The notes beneath the pieces are model-generated. The model saw nothing but the letters and a program-made list of their open reading frames with translations, had not been told where the DNA came from and made no database searches. The translations under genes and the position numbers were made by a program. Of a stretch of DNA of 51,378 nucleotides, positions 25,260 through 34,905 are shown one piece after another. How positions within the stretch are numbered: position 1 is the stretch's first letter; each line of letters begins with the position of its first letter. Origin of the DNA: Bacteroidales bacterium (GTDB taxonomy: Bacteria > Bacteroidota > Bacteroidia > Bacteroidales > UBA4181); the NCBI GenBank assembly GCA_031549585.1, contig JAVBPN010000019.1:1-51378 (forward strand). The letters run 5' to 3'.

Positions 25260-27515
25260 TTATTTGATAAAAAGCAGTTTGGTGACATGTGTTTTCGAAC
25301 CATCGTCATTGGAGCAGAAGACCAGATAAACTCCCGTTGATACCCTTCGTCCGTTTGCGTTGCATCCATTCCAGACAGCTTGTCCACCTAGTGTTCGTGT
25401 TTGATAAACCAAGTTTCCGGAAATATCGGTAATTTTCACATCAGCATCCTTGATGAGTCCTGTAATAGTTATTTCTCCAAAATAGTCTGAACGGATGGGA
25501 TTAGGGAATACGTATACATTTCCGAAATCATCTCCACTTGAAACGGCATCTCCTCGATATGACACAATCCCATAATCTGTGGCGAAAAATATTTCTCCTG
25601 TTCGGTCACTGACAGCAATATCGTGTACTTTGTTTGAGAACAAAGGACTGTTTTCTGTTGTAAATTGGGTTACTTGTTGTGTTGCGTCTTCTGAAATGAG
25701 AAAAACTCCGCTTGATTTTGTGGCAATCCATTTACGTCCTGCACCGTCCATAGCAATGGACAATATAGTTTCAGAACCGAGTAAAGAGAATATTTTGTCT
25801 GACTCGACTGTACCTGTGTGGTATGCTAATTTGCCATTAACGCCAATTCCTTCCAATATTTGAGAAGGATTGTCGTAGAGTACAGGGCCTTTATCGCTTG
25901 CAATCCATACAGTATTGTCGAGGGCATTGGTGATCCCATTGATTTTATATATCGACACATCTCCAGATGGAAAAGTAACCCTTGGCACTAACCTTATCGT
26001 TGATCCGTCTTTTCCCTGTTCGGATGCGTCTTTGCCAAAGACCCATATTCCGGCATTGTTCAGCGGTGTCCAGATCTGTTTAAAAGCGTCTTCTGTGAAA
26101 CGCCCCATGCTGAAGTTACTTTGCCACGAAAGAATTTGCCATTGCCCGGAAGTAAGTACACTTGCACGTTTATCGTTGCTGACCCACAATTTGTTGTCTT
26201 TGTCCATAAGTAAACCAGAGCAGAGTATTTTGCCGGAAAAGTCGGCAACAAGCGAGCTGTTTAGATCCGTATAATGGTTTTTAATTGTTCCATTTTCAAA
26301 TACATAGACTCCTTCTCCCCACGAGGATGCGTAAATTATGTTGGGGTTTTCAGAGGAAATATCGGCATCCGTAAAATCATAAGCTCCTGTTGATGTGATA
26401 TTGCTCCATTGATTGCTGTACAATATATGTACTTCGCCCGGCCGGTTTAACGGTTGCCATGCGTCGTTTTTTCCTCCGCTCACAGCAAGTAAACGATCGG
26501 ATTTGAATCGCAATGCTGCTGTGTAGTTCGATGAAGGGCCATTGAGTAAATGGAATGAAACTGTGGATGACGACTTCCATTGTACCAATCCTTGTCGATT
26601 ATCTGCTATCCAATATGATCCCTCAGCGCCTGAAATGGCGTCAAAAGCCATAACGGAAACTCCATTGTATGAATCGATTCGTTGTTGCAAGGAATTGGTT
26701 GCATCATATATCAAAAGAGCGCCTGATGTGCTCACCAATAAACGGGTTCCATCGGTTCTCAGCCGGTTGATATTATTTCCATCCGTATAAGGTACAGTGA
26801 TCCAATTTGCACCGTTGCTCGAATATATATTGTTTTGGGCGTCACACACCCATATACTATTTTGCGTAGCAACTATTTGTTTGAATGTCCCGTTGGCATT
26901 GGGTATGTTATTCACCAGTGACCATGCTCCAAAGTCAATTAGCGTATTGCTCTGTGCATTGGCACGTTTAATGCCTTGTGCAGTAGCGGCATAAAAAGAA
27001 CCGCCGAATTGAGTCATACCGAATACTTCAACCGAAATCCCATTATTGCCAATGATGTATGTATCGCGAATTTGACGTTGGGCGAGGTCAAGCACAACAA
27101 TGCCGAATGCACAGGATAAATAGGCAGTATTTCCGGAAATGTATATGTGGTTGATATTTTTTGTGGTGTATATCTGGTTGATTTTGATATCGGAAATATT
27201 GTATATCTGGTCGTCTTGGAGAATATCAATGTTTCCGTTATTGTATCCGATGATTACAGAATTGGAAAAAGATTGTAATGCAGTAATTCCGGCATCATTT
27301 AATCCGTTCACTTTAGATAATTTACTGATATCGCGATTTTGGATGTTGTAAATGCATAGGCCTATACCGTTGCTACAATATATCTTTTGATCAGTCATCG
27401 CAACTGCTTCGGCGGTATTCCATGAAAGATGATCACGCCATCCTCCAACAGGAGGTAGTTGTGCCTGCACAGCAAATGATATAAGAAGTAAAATTAACCC
27501 TATTGGGGGTTTCAT
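25260..27515 (-). CDS. porZ: double beta-propeller protein with T9SS type-A-like CTD, PorZ-like
   Basis: 751 aa from the ATG at 27515 (MKPPIGLILLLISFAVQA|QLPP); the track start at 27554 is also ATG. It has many Reg_prop-like blades (NTVWIASDKGPVLY, RKWIATKSSGVFLI, GEIFFATDYGIVSY, KLWVSNDKRASVL). The C-terminus is VYVFPNPIRSD...ITDISGNLVY...GVYLVF. Size and architecture match PorZ; orthology is not proven. Confidence 0.55.
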   Translation of the reverse strand: MKPPIGLILLLISFAVQAQLPPVGGWRDHLSWNTAEAVAMTDQKIYCSNGIGLCIYNIQNRDISKLSKVNGLNDAGITALQSFSNSVIIGYNNGNIDILQDDQIYNISDIKINQIYTTKNINHIYISGNTAYLSCAFGIVVLDLAQRQIRDTYIIGNNGISVEVFGMTQFGGSFYAATAQGIKRANAQSNTLIDFGAWSLVNNIPNANGTFKQIVATQNSIWVCDAQNNIYSSNGANWITVPYTDGNNINRLRTDGTRLLVSTSGALLIYDATNSLQQRIDSYNGVSVMAFDAISGAEGSYWIADNRQGLVQWKSSSTVSFHLLNGPSSNYTAALRFKSDRLLAVSGGKNDAWQPLNRPGEVHILYSNQWSNITSTGAYDFTDADISSENPNIIYASSWGEGVYVFENGTIKNHYTDLNSSLVADFSGKILCSGLLMDKDNKLWVSNDKRASVLTSGQWQILSWQSNFSMGRFTEDAFKQIWTPLNNAGIWVFGKDASEQGKDGSTIRLVPRVTFPSGDVSIYKINGITNALDNTVWIASDKGPVLYDNPSQILEGIGVNGKLAYHTGTVESDKIFSLLGSETILSIAMDGAGRKWIATKSSGVFLISEDATQQVTQFTTENSPLFSNKVHDIAVSDRTGEIFFATDYGIVSYRGDAVSSGDDFGNVYVFPNPIRSDYFGEITITGLIKDADVKITDISGNLVYQTRTLGGQAVWNGCNANGRRVSTGVYLVFCSNDDGSKTHVTKLLFIK

Positions 27516-27589
27516 TTTACCGATACAGTCATTATATAGCCTGTGTACAATCATTCTTGATACATTATAAATGCCTTTTGGCTGGGCTT

Positions 27590-28183
27590 TTATTTTTTAT
27601 TCTGGATCATTTCGGCAAATTTTCGAAATGCCCTTGCTCTGTGGCTGATTTTATTTTTTTCGCCGATATTCATTTGTGCAAATGTTTGATTATATCCATC
27701 TGGCAAAAAGATAGGATCGTATCCAAACCCTTCGTTACCAATCTGTTTTTCAATTATTGTGCCATCAACGATACCTTCAAATAAATGTTCTGCTCCGTTT
27801 GCATCAATGTGTGCAATTACTGTGCGAAAACGAGCTTTCCTATTTTCTTTCCCAATTAAGTCGTGCAATAATTTTTGCATATTAGCTTTCGCCTTTTCTT
27901 CTTGAGAACCGTTTATTCCGGCATATCTTGCCGAATATACACCCGGTGCGCCATGGAGCGCGTCTACTTCCAAACCCGTATCATCAGCAAAGCAGGGTTG
28001 TTTGAATCGTTGATAGATAAACCGTGCTTTTTGCAAAGCATTACCTTCCAAGGTAGGTTCAGTTTCCGGGATATCGCCTGTGAAACCAATATCGCTTAAG
28101 TTCTTAAGGACAATACTGGCAGGAAACATAGCCTGTACTTCTTCCAATTTGTGGCGATTGGCGGTGGCAAAAATCAATTGCAT
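27590..28183 (-). CDS. rdgB: non-canonical purine NTP pyrophosphatase (RdgB/HAM1 family)
   Basis: The ATG at 28183 gives MQLIFATANRHKLEE...; the track start at 28219 is TTG. Motifs are TLEGNALQKA, FADDTGLEVDAL.GAPGVYSARY, FGYDPIF and SHRA. Confidence 0.9.
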   Translation of the reverse strand: MQLIFATANRHKLEEVQAMFPASIVLKNLSDIGFTGDIPETEPTLEGNALQKARFIYQRFKQPCFADDTGLEVDALHGAPGVYSARYAGINGSQEEKAKANMQKLLHDLIGKENRKARFRTVIAHIDANGAEHLFEGIVDGTIIEKQIGNEGFGYDPIFLPDGYNQTFAQMNIGEKNKISHRARAFRKFAEMIQNKK

Positions 28184-28241
28184 TTTAATTTGTTTGTTGT
28201 TGCCCTTTAAAGAACACAAGGAATTATACGTTTTTGCTTTA

Positions 28242-28625
28242 TTATTCGAAAAGGCTTTCGTCCCTAATTAACAGTAAAATAGATGATTGAGAGGCAATGA
28301 TGTATTTTTCGCTATCAAACTCAATTTCATAAGAGCTGCTTTGTAAATATATTGCTAAGTCGCCTTCGCGTGGCTGCAAAGGAACATATTTTACTTCATC
28401 ACTTTTGTTTTTCCAGGGCTCGTCTATTTCGGCAATGGCAGGAATGGGATAACCCGGGCCTACTTTTACGACATACCCACTTTGTAACCGTTCATTTTCC
28501 TGAACGCCCGGTGGAAGCAATAATCCGCCTTTGGTTTTTTCCATGGGCGATTTAGGCTTGATCAATACGCGATCGCCCACTACGATGAATTTGCTGAAAT
28601 CGGTCTTTTCGATTTGTAAAGGCAT
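28242..28625 (-). CDS. Cpn10/GroES-fold family protein (stand-alone, extended)
   Basis: 127 aa. GDRVLIKP....EKTKGGLLLP.......QSGYVVKVGPG...PL....GD aligns by eye with the GroES mobile-loop/beta-barrel pattern. No groEL is adjacent. Confidence 0.55.
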   Translation of the reverse strand: MPLQIEKTDFSKFIVVGDRVLIKPKSPMEKTKGGLLLPPGVQENERLQSGYVVKVGPGYPIPAIAEIDEPWKNKSDEVKYVPLQPREGDLAIYLQSSSYEIEFDSEKYIIASQSSILLLIRDESLFE

Positions 28626-28648
28626 GATAAGATTTTAAAAGTTTTAGG

Positions 28649-30028
28649 TCAAATATCTATTGTTTCCCCGATTAAAGTGGCAGGTGTACAATCCGAAATA
28701 CGGACATGAACGTAGTCGCCGGGAACATAATTACCCTTTGGAAAGATTACTACCATATTTTGTGAATTACGGCCGGAAAGCTGCATATCCGATTTTTTCG
28801 ATATATGCTCGGCCAATACTTCAAATTGCTTGCCCAGAGCCAAACGCTTATTTTCAGCCGACAGCTGGTTTTGCAAATCGATGATTTCCTGTAACCGTCT
28901 TGTTTTGACTTCTTCAGGTACACCGTCTTTCATTTTTCGCGCAGCCAAAGTATTGGGGCGTTCCGAATATTTAAACATGAACGCATAATCAAAGTTCACT
29001 TGCCGCATCAAAGAAAGGGTGTCTTGATGATCTTCTTCTGTTTCCGTACAGAAGCCGGCAATGATATCAGTCGAGATACTACATTCGGGCATAATCCGTT
29101 TGATTGCAGCAATGCGTTCCAGATACCATTCGCGGGTATAATTTCTTTTCATCAATTGTAAGATGCGTGTGCTTCCCGATTGTGCCGGAAGGTGAATGCT
29201 TTTGCAAATATTGTGGTGAGCGGCCATAACGTGCAACACATCATCTACCATGTCTTTGGGATGCGATGTGGAAAAACGCACACGTAAATCGGGTGAAATA
29301 CCCGCAACCGATTCTAAAAGCCGTGCAAAATCAATATTTTTATCATTTCCCGTCCAACAGTAGGAATCAACATTTTGTCCCAGCAAGGTCACTTCCTTGT
29401 AACCCATGTCAACCAATTCGCGGACTTCCCGTAAGATCGTATCTTGGCTGCGGCTGCGTTCACTGCCTCGTGTATATGGGACAATACAGAAAGCGCAACA
29501 GTTGTTGCACCCCCGCATAATCGACACAAAGGATGATACTTTGTCTTTATCCATACGTACCGGACTGATGTCAGAATAGGTTTCTTCGCGTGACAATAAG
29601 ACATTAACTGCTTTCAATCCGGTTCCGGCGCTGCGTACCAAATTAGGAAGATCCCGGTAAGAGTCGGGGCCAACCACCAAGTCGACTGATTTTTCTTCTT
29701 CTAATAGTTTTTCTTTGAGGCGTTCGGCCATACAGCCAATTACGCCAACGATTAATCCGGGATGTTTTTTCTTTTCCATCCGGAATACATCTAAACGGCC
29801 TCGCACGCGTTGTTCGGCATTTTCCCGGATCGAACAGGTATTGATCAGTACCAAGTCGGCTTCGGATAGGTTTTCGGTTACACAAAACCCTTCATCTGCA
29901 AGAATCGATACCACGACTTCGCTGTCGCTGACATTCATCTGGCATCCGTAAGTTTCTATATAAACTTTCAGGCCGGCTCCTTGAAGCCTGTTGGTGTCAA
30001 CCTGAAACCCTTTATCGAGTTTGATCAT
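28649..30028 (-). CDS. miaB: tRNA (N6-isopentenyl-A37) methylthiotransferase
   Basis: 459 aa. N-terminal MTTase TYGCQMN...NTCSIRE, radical-SAM [12 protein letters not shown], and a C-terminal TRAM domain. Confidence 0.92.
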   Translation of the reverse strand: MIKLDKGFQVDTNRLQGAGLKVYIETYGCQMNVSDSEVVVSILADEGFCVTENLSEADLVLINTCSIRENAEQRVRGRLDVFRMEKKKHPGLIVGVIGCMAERLKEKLLEEEKSVDLVVGPDSYRDLPNLVRSAGTGLKAVNVLLSREETYSDISPVRMDKDKVSSFVSIMRGCNNCCAFCIVPYTRGSERSRSQDTILREVRELVDMGYKEVTLLGQNVDSYCWTGNDKNIDFARLLESVAGISPDLRVRFSTSHPKDMVDDVLHVMAAHHNICKSIHLPAQSGSTRILQLMKRNYTREWYLERIAAIKRIMPECSISTDIIAGFCTETEEDHQDTLSLMRQVNFDYAFMFKYSERPNTLAARKMKDGVPEEVKTRRLQEIIDLQNQLSAENKRLALGKQFEVLAEHISKKSDMQLSGRNSQNMVVIFPKGNYVPGDYVHVRISDCTPATLIGETIDI

Positions 30029-30123
30029 TAATTCTTTTGGCTAACTACAATGAAATCGCAAAGGTAAAAATTTTAGTGGTATCCGGCATTGTTTCCGGGC
30101 TAATTGAGAATCAGTAGAGGCTC

Positions 30124-32196
30124 TCATTCATTTGGCTCAGCTTTTGGATATTCAATGCGGACGTGGTGCATATTCATCAGGCGGTTTTTGATGATTTGCT
30201 TGGCAATATTGATTTCTCGGTAAGTGATGTTGGCATCATTATATTGATCTTCCAATACTTGGTAATTAATGATGTTGTCAACCAAATCGCTAATATTCCA
30301 TTGGTTGACATCTTTCAAGCTACGTGAAGCCGCTTCAATAGAATCGCACATCATCAACACAACCATTTCTTTGGAAAATGGGATCGGTCCGGGATATGTA
30401 AATTTAGAACGGTCTATTCTTTTATCTGTATGCTGTTTTTGGTATGCATGATAGAAAAAGCGTACTGTTGTTGTGCCGTGATGGGTACGAATGAAATCGA
30501 TAACTTGTTGTGGAACACGATGTTTCTTTGCAATCTCAACGCCTTTGAACACATGCTCGATAATGATCTGTGCACTGTTTTCAGGACTTAAGTCTTCATG
30601 AGGATTCTTTCCGACACCTTGATTTTCGATAAAATAAAATGGACGGGTTATTTTTCCTATATCATGATAGAGGGCTGCAGTCCTTGCTAATAGAGGATTT
30701 CCTCCAATTTTTTGAATTACTTCTTCTGACAAATTAGCTACTTGTAACGAATGTTGGAATGTGCCCGGAGCTACTTCAGCTAATTGCCTCAATAAAGGTT
30801 GGTTGGTATCCGACAATTCCATTAAGGTAACATCCGAAAGGAATCCGAATGCTTTTTCAAACAGGTAAATACATGGATATGTGACAAATAGCAATATTCC
30901 ACTAAGAGCGAACCAGATGTAATTTTTCCATTCCACTTCATGGAAAGAGGAAATGCCTTGGCTCAAAATGATGGCTGTATAAACACCGACATAGGTCAAA
31001 ATGATCCATAATATGGCTTTAAATAGAGTACCTCTTCGGTATATGGATTTTACGTTCACAACGGCGACAATACCGGTTACAAGATTGAGAAATACATATT
31101 CAAACCCGTTTGGAGCTAAAAATCCGATCAACAAAACGGTGACCATAAATATAAAAGTGGCGGTCCGGGTATCGAAAAATGTACAAAGGATCAAGGGCAT
31201 CAATGTAAGCGGAAGTACATATAGGTTGAAATACTCATTACGAACCACAAGGCATGATATTCCTGTAAAGATGACCATAATCAGTAATATGAACCCCGTA
31301 CGTGTGATATTTCTGAATATCTCTTTGCGGAAGTGCATTAAGTACAGGTATACCATCATGAAACATAGGGCTATGATGGCAAATTGTCCGACTATGACTT
31401 GTTTAACACTGCCTGAACGGCCGATGGTATTCTCAAATTCATATTTAAGTGATTGCAGTTGACTGTATTTCTCTTCGTTGACCACTTCGCCATGAGAAAT
31501 AATTTTCCGGTTAAGCGGAACAAGCCCTTTTGTTCTCGATATTTTATCAATCCGTTCCTGCTTCACATTTTTAGTGATGTCAGCATTGTAAGAGAGGTTG
31601 GGCAGCAGATAATTATTTAAGTCAAGGGATTTTAAAAACTCTTTCTCATCGTTATCAGTCAGTTGATCTATTTTTGAAATAATCGTTTCATATGCTGTTT
31701 TTTGTGTGTACAAATTGTTTTTTTCTACTTCTTCTCCCACATTGTTTTTGATAACAATGATTTGCGAAGCATCCCTGAAGTTAATGCCTTCTGCTTCTTG
31801 GATAATACCATGTGAATATATAGAATCTAACAATCGTGTACAGAAGCCTTGCAAATATTGATTTCTCCTGGCATCTAACTTGCTTGCTTCTAATTGTTTC
31901 CCATAGCTTTGATTCAATAAGTTTAGTTGCTGTGAGACTATATCCGGATGATAATTATAATACAATACCAGGGTTTTCTCTACACTATCAGTTTCGGCAA
32001 CTAATTCTTGCTGGGTTTTCAAAATAGGGAAATCAAACGGCGCATATAAATCACTGTGTCCCCATATTTTGCCCATTTGAAATTCGTATGGAAATATTCC
32101 TTCCCGTGGAAATAGGAAAAATATAACGAAGATACTGATTAAGTATAACAGGATGGTATATGTGTGTGTTCTTACGAACAACAATACTTTTGACAT
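30124..32196 (-). CDS. 7TM-receptor-type HD/HDIG phosphohydrolase membrane protein
   Basis: 690 aa with an extracytoplasmic N-terminal domain, about 7 TM helices and a C-terminal HD domain (HSLQVANL...ALYHDIGKI...HH). Confidence 0.85.
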   Translation of the reverse strand: MSKVLLFVRTHTYTILLYLISIFVIFFLFPREGIFPYEFQMGKIWGHSDLYAPFDFPILKTQQELVAETDSVEKTLVLYYNYHPDIVSQQLNLLNQSYGKQLEASKLDARRNQYLQGFCTRLLDSIYSHGIIQEAEGINFRDASQIIVIKNNVGEEVEKNNLYTQKTAYETIISKIDQLTDNDEKEFLKSLDLNNYLLPNLSYNADITKNVKQERIDKISRTKGLVPLNRKIISHGEVVNEEKYSQLQSLKYEFENTIGRSGSVKQVIVGQFAIIALCFMMVYLYLMHFRKEIFRNITRTGFILLIMVIFTGISCLVVRNEYFNLYVLPLTLMPLILCTFFDTRTATFIFMVTVLLIGFLAPNGFEYVFLNLVTGIVAVVNVKSIYRRGTLFKAILWIILTYVGVYTAIILSQGISSFHEVEWKNYIWFALSGILLFVTYPCIYLFEKAFGFLSDVTLMELSDTNQPLLRQLAEVAPGTFQHSLQVANLSEEVIQKIGGNPLLARTAALYHDIGKITRPFYFIENQGVGKNPHEDLSPENSAQIIIEHVFKGVEIAKKHRVPQQVIDFIRTHHGTTTVRFFYHAYQKQHTDKRIDRSKFTYPGPIPFSKEMVVLMMCDSIEAASRSLKDVNQWNISDLVDNIINYQVLEDQYNDANITYREINIAKQIIKNRLMNMHHVRIEYPKAEPNE

Positions 32197-32555
32197 AAAT
32201 GCAAAAATTTCAGAACGGTTAAAGGCTTTGATTAATATCGAGAATCAACCTTTATTTAATACCTTTTGAATACAATTTTGTTCTGGCCTTTTGGGGATAT
32301 GATATATGTTATCCCTTTTAATGTTCAGGTTCAGAACTTTTGGAAGCAAAATTAACGAATTTATTTGAAAACCCGATAATAATGTATTTGTTCGCGTATA
32401 TAGTGTTTCGGTCATTCAGGATATAATACCATTATTGTAGTATTAACTCAAAAACCAAAAGCCGGTTTATCTATCAGTTTTCTACTGTGCTTAATACGCT
32501 TATTCTTATTTCTTTTGAGTTTGTTGATTAATCCTTTTATTAGGCACTGGTTGTC

Positions 32556-33005
32556 TTATTTGTTCAAAATAATTATACTTCCGTCTTTAATTTCCAATCT
32601 CCACATATACCAACTATCAACGGTCTTCTTTTTATTTATCTTTCCTGCATTCCACTCTTTTATAGTTTTAAAAAATTCCATTAACTCTTTATCTAATTCA
32701 TCGTTTCCCGATTTTGTAACAATGTGAAACCCTCCACCAATTTCTCCTTTGCAATTGACTGCAAATTGTATTGCAGGTTTTCCTTCAAAAGAAGGATTAT
32801 TTTTTGCGAAAGAAATTGTTCCATTCAATCTCTTTTGGATAACCTCTATGGATTCGACAGGGCTAGCCTTCCTCTCCATTAAAAAATATACATTGTTTGG
32901 TTTACAAACATTGTCTGTTATAACACCTTCGGCGCTCATTATCATCTGGCCGTAGGAATAGCAACTCATTGACAAAAAGAAAATTAATTGAAAAATATAT
33001 TTCAT
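32556..33005 (-). CDS. small secreted protein, possibly TonB-C-like fold
   Basis: 149 aa. Signal peptide is ...CYSYG|QMI. FEGKPAIQFAVNCKGEIGG...ELDKELMEFFKTIKEWNAGKINKK loosely resembles the TonB C-terminal-domain pattern. Confidence 0.35.
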   Translation of the reverse strand: MKYIFQLIFFLSMSCYSYGQMIMSAEGVITDNVCKPNNVYFLMERKASPVESIEVIQKRLNGTISFAKNNPSFEGKPAIQFAVNCKGEIGGGFHIVTKSGNDELDKELMEFFKTIKEWNAGKINKKKTVDSWYMWRLEIKDGSIIILNK

Positions 33006-33092
33006 ATAAACTTAGTTTAACGTCCGTTCCTTTAACAGACTATTATTATTTTATCCCGCTCTAACGGCTTCGCGAGTGTCTTGCCTTGTTGT

Positions 33093-34046
33093 TTAATTAG
33101 GAACATATCCACTTTCACTAATTACTTGTTTTCCTGCTTCCGTTTGCAACAATTCATATATTTTATAAGCCATAGACGATTGATCCAAGTTAGAACGGAT
33201 AATTACGAAAACTTCCGAGGTGTAAGGATATTTTTTATTTTTTATCGTATCCTTATCTGGATAAACTCCGTTTACCTCAAGTCTTCTCAAACTGGTTTCT
33301 CTGACAATATGCTCTATGTAATAATAAACCGTATATCCCAATCCGTTTACATCCAGTCCTACGGCTGAAATTAACCCCATCATACTTGGTACGATATCTA
33401 AAGGTAAATTATCAGGAATTTGCTCATTGGCAAGCACCAAATTTTCAAATAATTCTTGGCTTCCCGAATTTCTATTCCGAATGTACGGATTGATTGGTGC
33501 ATCGTTTCCGCCAACCTCGTTCCATTGCTTTATTTTGCCAGTATAAATATCCTGCAGTTGCTTATGTGTTAATGATTGTACCTGATTGTAGGGATGTTCT
33601 ATAAAAATAAGAGCATCCAATGCAATGGGCATTTCAATCAAACTAACGCCAGCTTCGACTGCATACGCTTTTTCATCTGTCGACAGCTTACGTGCCGAAA
33701 AAATCATATCCGCTTTTTTATCTATCAGATTGATAAAAGCATTGTGCGTTTGAGAAGATTTTAAATGTTGTTGAACAAACTCCAAAGGCAAATCTGTTGC
33801 TAATGTCCAGGCGATAATCATATCGGCTCCATTAATTTGCATTTCCCATTTATAATCATATCCCAACAATTTGCAGGCAATCAATCTGACTAATGGGTCA
33901 GTAGAAGTAGAACCGTCAATGATTGGAAAATTTTCGAGAGTTAATCCCTCAATTTTGGACTGTGTATCTATGTCTTCTTTATTGCAACTCGTACAAACAA
34001 TTATTGCAGATAAAATCATAACTGTTATTGAAGCAAATTTATTCAT
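33093..34046 (-). CDS. PstS-like periplasmic-binding-fold lipoprotein (orphan, no transporter genes nearby)
   Basis: 317 aa. Lipobox is ...AIIVCTS|C. Motifs IDGSTSTDPL and RNRNSGSQELF recall the PBP_like_2/phosphate-binding family. Confidence 0.5.
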   Translation of the reverse strand: MNKFASITVMILSAIIVCTSCNKEDIDTQSKIEGLTLENFPIIDGSTSTDPLVRLIACKLLGYDYKWEMQINGADMIIAWTLATDLPLEFVQQHLKSSQTHNAFINLIDKKADMIFSARKLSTDEKAYAVEAGVSLIEMPIALDALIFIEHPYNQVQSLTHKQLQDIYTGKIKQWNEVGGNDAPINPYIRNRNSGSQELFENLVLANEQIPDNLPLDIVPSMMGLISAVGLDVNGLGYTVYYYIEHIVRETSLRRLEVNGVYPDKDTIKNKKYPYTSEVFVIIRSNLDQSSMAYKIYELLQTEAGKQVISESGYVPN

Positions 34047-34164
34047 AACTGTCTATTTAAGAGGTTATATTCTTTATTCGAGCATGTGCTGTTGTCGCCT
34101 GCACCCAACGTTTCCGCGATTATTGGCGGCAGGCATTGCAGCCAAGCCGACAGTTAGATGCCGG

Positions 34165-34797
34165 TTAGTCTATTTCAACTAACCCATTCAATAATTTTTC
34201 ACAATTTATTAAATATTTGTCCATTAGATTTTGATATGAGTACGTAAGAAATTGAACTGTTCCTTTGGGGCCTGAATAGTAATACCCATAGTAAGTAAAT
34301 TTAATTCCTTGTATTGTTCCATTCATTTTTAGCAGTAGTACATTTAAACCATTCACATTTCTATATTCTTCCTCTTCGATTTGTATATCCGGTGCAGCAT
34401 TTTTTGCATTTTGTATAGCAATTAATCTTAGCGATTGAAGAGGAATTTCAGCTTTTTCGGTAAGGATCAATGCCCTTAAATCTTCTTTTTTTAGTTGAAG
34501 CTCATATTCTGTAGCAGAATCGCCATTTGATTTTTTGAATGACCATTCTTTGGAATTTAGCCAAAAACCAATTTTTATTTTATTACTTTTAAGTAGAAAG
34601 GTCGAACTTTTATCCTTTTTAAATAACTTAGGATTGATTGGTATAACCATTTCCTCAATATCATCATTATTTTGATATTGCCATGTCCCATCATCATATA
34701 ATATAACTTCATCTCCGGTTTCCGTTACAGCTCTTGTTTGTGCAAAAGTGTGATGAGCCCCTAATACGCAAATTAACAATAGAACAAGACGTTTCAT
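34165..34797 (-). CDS. hypothetical secreted protein
   Basis: The internal ATG at 34797 gives the canonical signal peptide MKRLVLLLICVLGAHHTFA|QTR (210 aa). The track's upstream extension (to 34884) has no signal-like features. No family recognised. Confidence 0.55.
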   Translation of the reverse strand: MKRLVLLLICVLGAHHTFAQTRAVTETGDEVILYDDGTWQYQNNDDIEEMVIPINPKLFKKDKSSTFLLKSNKIKIGFWLNSKEWSFKKSNGDSATEYELQLKKEDLRALILTEKAEIPLQSLRLIAIQNAKNAAPDIQIEEEEYRNVNGLNVLLLKMNGTIQGIKFTYYGYYYSGPKGTVQFLTYSYQNLMDKYLINCEKLLNGLVEID

Positions 34798-34905
34798 TTC
34801 TAAAAAACCCTGATTCGTGTCGGGCGCAACTTCTAAATTGATTAAATAGTTATATGCATTGTCAATTTCAAAACAATCTGTCAAGCCATCAAAGTCAACT
34901 AGGCT

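Noticed and set aside
31001-31462. 153-aa plus-strand ORF opposite the 7TM-HD gene
   Set aside because: It lies antisense to the hydrophobic TM region of a clearly real gene and has no independent support.
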